From the NCBI GenBank assembly GCA_965217865.1, contig CBDCJO010000001.1, forward strand, positions 512,001-576,000: 64,000 bases of DNA. Reading direction: 5' to 3'. The DNA comes from Candidatus Latescibacterota bacterium. GTDB lineage: Bacteria > Latescibacterota > UBA2968 > SICM01. Of this stretch, positions 59,604 to 64,000 are shown piece after piece. A program made the position numbers and the translations under genes. Under the pieces are notes generated by a model. It saw only the letters and a program-made list of their open reading frames with translations, searched no databases and had not been told where the DNA came from. The number at the start of each line of letters is the position of its first letter. Position 1 is the first letter of the stretch.

Positions 59604-61328
59604 TTAAAACAGGTGGTTCATGCGGATATGAACCATACCCCCACCCAGACCCTCGTCCTGTCCGAACCCGACATCCACCCCAACGACCCCCGCCCGGGAA
59701 TCCGTGCGCAGGCCTGCGCCGTAACCCGTACGGTAGAGCGTCATCCCCCTGACCTCCGGGCCGAACGCCAACCGGTCTGAAATCACCCCCGAATCCAGAA
59801 AGAGAAACACCCGAGATCGCCTCCCGATCAGGAATCGGTGTTCAACCCCGCCCCACAGAGCCCTGACCCCAGCGAACTGCTCCTCCCGATAGCCCCTCAG
59901 GGAAGACGCACCGCCGAGCCGCAGTTTTTCACTCAGGGGAGCAACGGCTTCTCCGGTGTGGATCCCCCGAAAATGAGCCATCACCGCGATGGTCTGACCC
60001 TTGAAAATCGGGAAAAATCGCTCCGCGTCCCCCTCAAGGCTCCAGCGGTTGACCCTCCTGTTTGTCCCCGGGAACGATGCGCGGCCGAAAGACCCGGCGG
60101 CTTTGATGAAGCTCCCTTTCCTAGGGTTGTTGGGGTGGTCCCGGGTCTCATACGAAAGCCCCATCATGCTCCGCCACGTCCGACTCCGGGGAGCAAGCCC
60201 CAGACCCAAAGAGTCGGGGGAGACCTGATCCCATCCGGATTCAACCTCCAGCCCAAACGCACCTGTCAGCGGAATACGGACGCCGAATCCGACCCCGGCC
60301 GAGACATAGCCCGGCCGCTGAAGCAACTCAAACCGGAACCTTCCCGCAAGGGGCGTCGAACCGATCCAAGGCTCATCGTAATGAAAGATCAGGTCGGATG
60401 CCGAGGGCCCCCTCCGGTCCCATCGGATTGAAGCGCGACGACCCGTCCCCGCCAGGTTTCGAAATGACAGGTCCACCCGGCCCGCCATGTAGCCTCCCCC
60501 GCTTTCCGCGCCCGGCACGTACCCGACGACCCCATCGATCTGGTTGGCTCTCCCCTCCTCGACCTCGAGGGACAGGTGGACCGAATCGTTTTCAGGTTTG
60601 TGCATCAGCTTCACATCGCCGACCCGATCGAAGAGGCCGGACCGGATCAATCGACTCCGTCCGCGATCGACCCGGCTCTGGTCATAGAGCTCCCCGACAC
60701 TGAGGCCCATCATTCGCCAAAGAACATCCGACCGCGTGGACCTGGCTCCGGACACCTTCAACCCGCCGACTTGAACGGACGGACCCTGTTCGATCCTCAG
60801 CGAGAGATCGACCACCCCGTTCGAATCGGGGACCCCGATTGTCGGGTAAACGGCACAGAAAGGATAACCTCTGTTCTCGTAGCTGCGGAGGATATTTTCG
60901 ATATCCGCTTCAAACCGGTCCGGCCGGAACACCGCTCCCAACTTCGTTTCAAACCCGTCAAGGACATCGGGAGACACCGACGCCGCAAGATGGATGCGGC
61001 GGACTCGAATCCGGGGTCCCTCCCGAAGCGGAAAGACCACCTCGCAGCGACCATTTCCTTGAGTGACTACGGGAAAATCCACCTCTGCGAGGTACCGTCC
61101 GGCCCTCCGGCAATGGTCCAAAATCCGTTCCACATCCCGATGAAGGAAGAGACTATCCAGGACCGCTCCCGGCCTGGTTTCCAGGCTGTTTTGGAGATCG
61201 GTAACCGAAAGATCCCGTCCCCCCTCGATCCGAACCGAAGTGATCACTGGAGACTCTGCGAATACCGGGGGTACTGCGTGAAAAAGCAGAAGGGGCCAGA
61301 AAGTCAAGCATATATGGAATGGTCTCAT
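59604..61328 (-). CDS. BamA/TamA (Omp85) family protein
   Basis: Signal peptide from ATG 61328, POTRA-like repeats, LRGY motif, C-terminal F. Confidence 0.85.
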   Translation of the reverse strand: MRPFHICLTFWPLLLFHAVPPVFAESPVITSVRIEGGRDLSVTDLQNSLETRPGAVLDSLFLHRDVERILDHCRRAGRYLAEVDFPVVTQGNGRCEVVFPLREGPRIRVRRIHLAASVSPDVLDGFETKLGAVFRPDRFEADIENILRSYENRGYPFCAVYPTIGVPDSNGVVDLSLRIEQGPSVQVGGLKVSGARSTRSDVLWRMMGLSVGELYDQSRVDRGRSRLIRSGLFDRVGDVKLMHKPENDSVHLSLEVEEGRANQIDGVVGYVPGAESGGGYMAGRVDLSFRNLAGTGRRASIRWDRRGPSASDLIFHYDEPWIGSTPLAGRFRFELLQRPGYVSAGVGFGVRIPLTGAFGLEVESGWDQVSPDSLGLGLAPRSRTWRSMMGLSYETRDHPNNPRKGSFIKAAGSFGRASFPGTNRRVNRWSLEGDAERFFPIFKGQTIAVMAHFRGIHTGEAVAPLSEKLRLGGASSLRGYREEQFAGVRALWGGVEHRFLIGRRSRVFLFLDSGVISDRLAFGPEVRGMTLYRTGYGAGLRTDSRAGVVGVDVGFGQDEGLGGGMVHIRMNHLF

Positions 61329-61403
61329 AGAGCAGAGTATAGCCGAACCCCGGGTTATTCGCAAATTTTTTTCACAATAACTCTCTCTCACAGGAGGCTC
61401 AGG

Positions 61404-61891
61404 ATGGGAAGATATTCGAAACAGGCCTGGAAAGGCAAGCATCTTTTTATGGGTATCGATCTTCATCGCAAAAGTTGGCACGTGACAATTCGTTCCGAAG
61501 ACGGTTTGGTCCTTTTTTCCAACAACATTGGTGGCCGTTGGGAGGACCTGGAGCGATTGTTGTCCCGGTTCTCCGACGCGGGACAGATCTCGGTCGTCTA
61601 CGAGGCAGGGTATTTTGGGTTTTGGGTATATGATCGTCTGATCGACTATGGGGTAGATGCGCGGGTTACGCCGCCTCATATGATTTCTCAACGCTCTGGT
61701 AGTCGGGTGAAAAATGATCGTCTGGATAGCGGGAAGTTAGCCGGGTTCCTACAGTCTGGCCATTTGGAGGCCGTATATGTTCCGACTTTGGAAGAGCGAG
61801 CGCACCGGCAAGTGTCCAGACGTCGTCGTCAGTCCATCGGCAATCGGGTTCGGGTTCAAAACCGGATCAAAGCAGAGCTTCGGGTGAATGG
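61404..61891 (+). pseudogene. IS110-family transposase, N-terminal (DEDD) fragment
   Basis: AGGAGG RBS; GIDLH, YEAG, KNDRLD; breaks off after RIKAELRVNG. Confidence 0.88.
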
Positions 61892-62347
61892 AACGACACG
61901 ATGGTGTCCGCCGCCTGGGCGGCGAGGGTGGCCTGCCGGAGGTCGAGCCGGGCGGAGAAGCTGTCGCGCCCGTGGGAGGCCATGCCATACCTGTTGCGGA
62001 GTTCGCACAAGCCCTGGATGGTCTGGAGCAGACCCCGGATCGTCTTTTCCACCGATTCGCGCGCCTTCGCCGGGTCGGGATGGTTACGCGGCAACAGGGC
62101 CAGGCGGTTGGTCGTCTCCTTCAAGAGCTTCGGTGCATCCCAGTTGGGGTCCGCCGGCTGGCCGATATCGGCGAGCACCGTCTTGCAGACGGATTCGACC
62201 AGCGTCTTGGAAAGATCGAAGGCGAAGTCCGGCACGCTCTCCAACGCACTCTCGATGGCATGGATCTGCTGATCGATAGCCTCGGCGAGCGGACCGTCGA
62301 GTACCGCCGCGCGAGCGCCGACCATCTGAAAGCGAGCGCGAGCTGAA
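61890..62347 (-). pseudogene. Abortive-infection (Abi_C/HEPN-like) protein fragment
   Basis: AFDLSKTLVESVCKT...LRNRYGMASHGR; truncated at both ends. Confidence 0.7.
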
Positions 62348-62987
62348 CGGGATCTCGACCGGCGTGGTTTACCGGCACCCCTGTTCGTCACGACCGACGG
62401 AGCCGGTGGGCTTATCCAGACCATCGACCAGATGTGGCCGAAGAGTCTGCGCGGGACGCTGCTGGGTGCATCGGATGCGCAACTTTGCAGCCAAGGTGCC
62501 CGATGCGCGCTGGCATGAGATCAAGCCGTATCTGGTGATGATTCGTGACGCCCCGGATCTTCAGGCCGGCCAAAGTGCGGTGCGAGAGTTTCTGGAGAAG
62601 TTCAGCAAGGAGTTCCCCGGTCTGTGCAAGTGTCTCACGGAGGACCTCGAAGCTCTCCTCGCACACCTCCAGCTTCCCTGGCGACTCCGGAAGTTCGCCC
62701 GCACCACCAACCTGATCGAACGCAGCTTTGTCGAGGAACGCCGCCGAACCAAAACATTGCCGCGATTCTTCTCCGAAAAGAGTTGCCTGAAGCTCGTCTA
62801 TGCTGTTCTCATCCGTGCCGCTGCCAGGTGGCAGAATATCAACATCACGTCCACCGAACTGCTCCAGCTCCAGCTGCTCTATGAGGAACGACAGATCGCA
62901 CCACCGGCTGAAATGGTAGCCGTTGCGGAACCTCACTGGACCTCCAGTTGAAGGTTTGCATTTTGCAGGACGCTTAAGACTTGACCC
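62348..62987 (+). mobile_element. IS256-family remnant: frameshifted C-terminal transposase plus right end
   Basis: TTDG...(+1 frameshift near 62455)...RCWVH, TTNLIER; ends GACTTGACCC. Confidence 0.85.
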
Positions 62988-63999
62988 AATCCTGTCCAGA
63001 CGTTGAACACTTTTCATAGAATTGGATAGCCTTTTCGTATATTTCTTCGCGGTGCTTTGCCAAACTGTGTGTATCGTCGCCAAAGACGATTAGCGTACAG
63101 TTGCCGCCAGAGTCATTAATGAGTTTCTCGACGTGCTGCATTTCGCTTGTGGTCGCGACGGTATCAAGCGCGCCATGAAACAGCAGGATTGGCCTCTTTA
63201 TATGGGTAGCATGTGTCAATACGGATCGCTCAACTAATGCTTTCTCGCGTTCCCTTGGACTGCTTGGAAGGATTCTATCATGATGGAGGCGCAAGACTCG
63301 AAGACTTGTGCAAGTACACGTGGAGATCCCACCTACGAATGGTGAAGATGCATCTGCCAGGGCAAGGAGACTTAGAAACCCGCCATAGCTATTACCGAAC
63401 AGAGCGATTCTCCTGCCTGTACTAAAGTGTTGCTGCCAGTAGATTCCACAGTCTAATACATCCTGAACGTCTGCGACCCCGGCGACCCCGGTGTTCGCTC
63501 GATCGAGGTCCTCGCCGAAGCCGGTAGAGCCCCTATAAGCCACGCGCACAATCTCGAATCCCTGGCGAAGCAGCCCTAAAGCCCATGAGTCATTTCTATC
63601 GAGACTGCCTCCAGGCCCACCATGCACATACAGAACAGCGAGCTCTCGTGGAGACGGCGGAACCAACCGCTGTACTGGAAGAGCTAAACCATCCGAAGCA
63701 GGAACCGTAAATTCCTCAAGCCTAAAACTCGGTACGGGTTCGGTATGCTCAGCTACGACAGTGCATCCTTCAGATTCTTTCCAGCGGTAGACCTTATGGT
63801 CTGTTCCAAGAAAACAGACGGTATCGTTGTCGGCTCTGAAGGCGATTTGATACCAAGTCAGGTTCTTCGCCACGCTAACCCCGGAATCCAATCTGATGCG
63901 TGAATCTACGCGGCCTACGGGAAACTGCACCCAAACAAGCTCATCGGGTTTGACGCAGAGAAGCCTGTTCGTCGAGTTTGAAAATGCACCTTCTTTCAC
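62974..63999 (-). CDS. S9 family peptidase, 5' partial
   Basis: VHGGPG, YRGSTGFG, GNSYGG, HGALD, DTH; last codons fall inside the IS256 end. Confidence 0.85.
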   Translation of the reverse strand: MKEGAFSNSTNRLLCVKPDELVWVQFPVGRVDSRIRLDSGVSVAKNLTWYQIAFRADNDTVCFLGTDHKVYRWKESEGCTVVAEHTEPVPSFRLEEFTVPASDGLALPVQRLVPPSPRELAVLYVHGGPGGSLDRNDSWALGLLRQGFEIVRVAYRGSTGFGEDLDRANTGVAGVADVQDVLDCGIYWQQHFSTGRRIALFGNSYGGFLSLLALADASSPFVGGISTCTCTSLRVLRLHHDRILPSSPREREKALVERSVLTHATHIKRPILLFHGALDTVATTSEMQHVEKLINDSGGNCTLIVFGDDTHSLAKHREEIYEKAIQFYEKCSTSGQDWVKS

Positions 64000-64000
64000 A

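Noticed and set aside
60576-62279. 567-aa ORF as a single gene
   Set aside because: Composite of Omp85 antisense, the IS110 fragment and Abi antisense
1-64000. CRISPR arrays, tRNA, rRNA
   Set aside because: No repeat-spacer periodicity or conserved RNA signatures seen by eye

Overview
A 64 kb bacterial chromosomal window of fairly high GC from a diderm, flagellated organism. The short RpoD/SigA-type sigma factor, Tol-Pal, a CRTAC1/multiheme pair and a FliG paralog suggest the FCB/Latescibacterota group, but this is inference only. From left to right: (1) 1-10 kb, a run of oxidoreductase, LarA-like and ComDE-like genes with two response regulators and a truncated FliG; (2) 10.8-25.8 kb, a co-directional minus-strand envelope cluster: damaged PBP1A, tolQRAB-pal-cpoB, a DUF4398-like lipoprotein, two L,D-transpeptidases plus a Cys-less paralog, a HEAT protein, a divergent mraY and two exported proteins; (3) a sigma factor, two small ORFs, BatA/vWA, PTS IIA, and flagellin with sigma28 and CsrA sites; (4) MFS, aquaporin, purB, rnhC; (5) CRTAC1 plus a pentaheme-TPR protein; (6) an IS200 inserted exactly between the RBS and start codon of a TesA-PhoD fusion, which converges on GDPD-ybbA-ybbP; (7) MoaD, a TIM barrel, two B12 radical SAM enzymes, a candidate structured RNA, rpsU, ilvB, recD2 and an Omp85 protein; (8) an IS110/Abi/IS256 fragment mosaic and a partial S9 peptidase. 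No rRNA, tRNA or CRISPR array was seen. The best candidates for undescribed systems are the accessory L,D-transpeptidase/lipoprotein/MraY-variant module and the phospholipid-phosphorus scavenging locus with its possible IS200 switch. All calls come from reading motifs by eye; no database searches were run.
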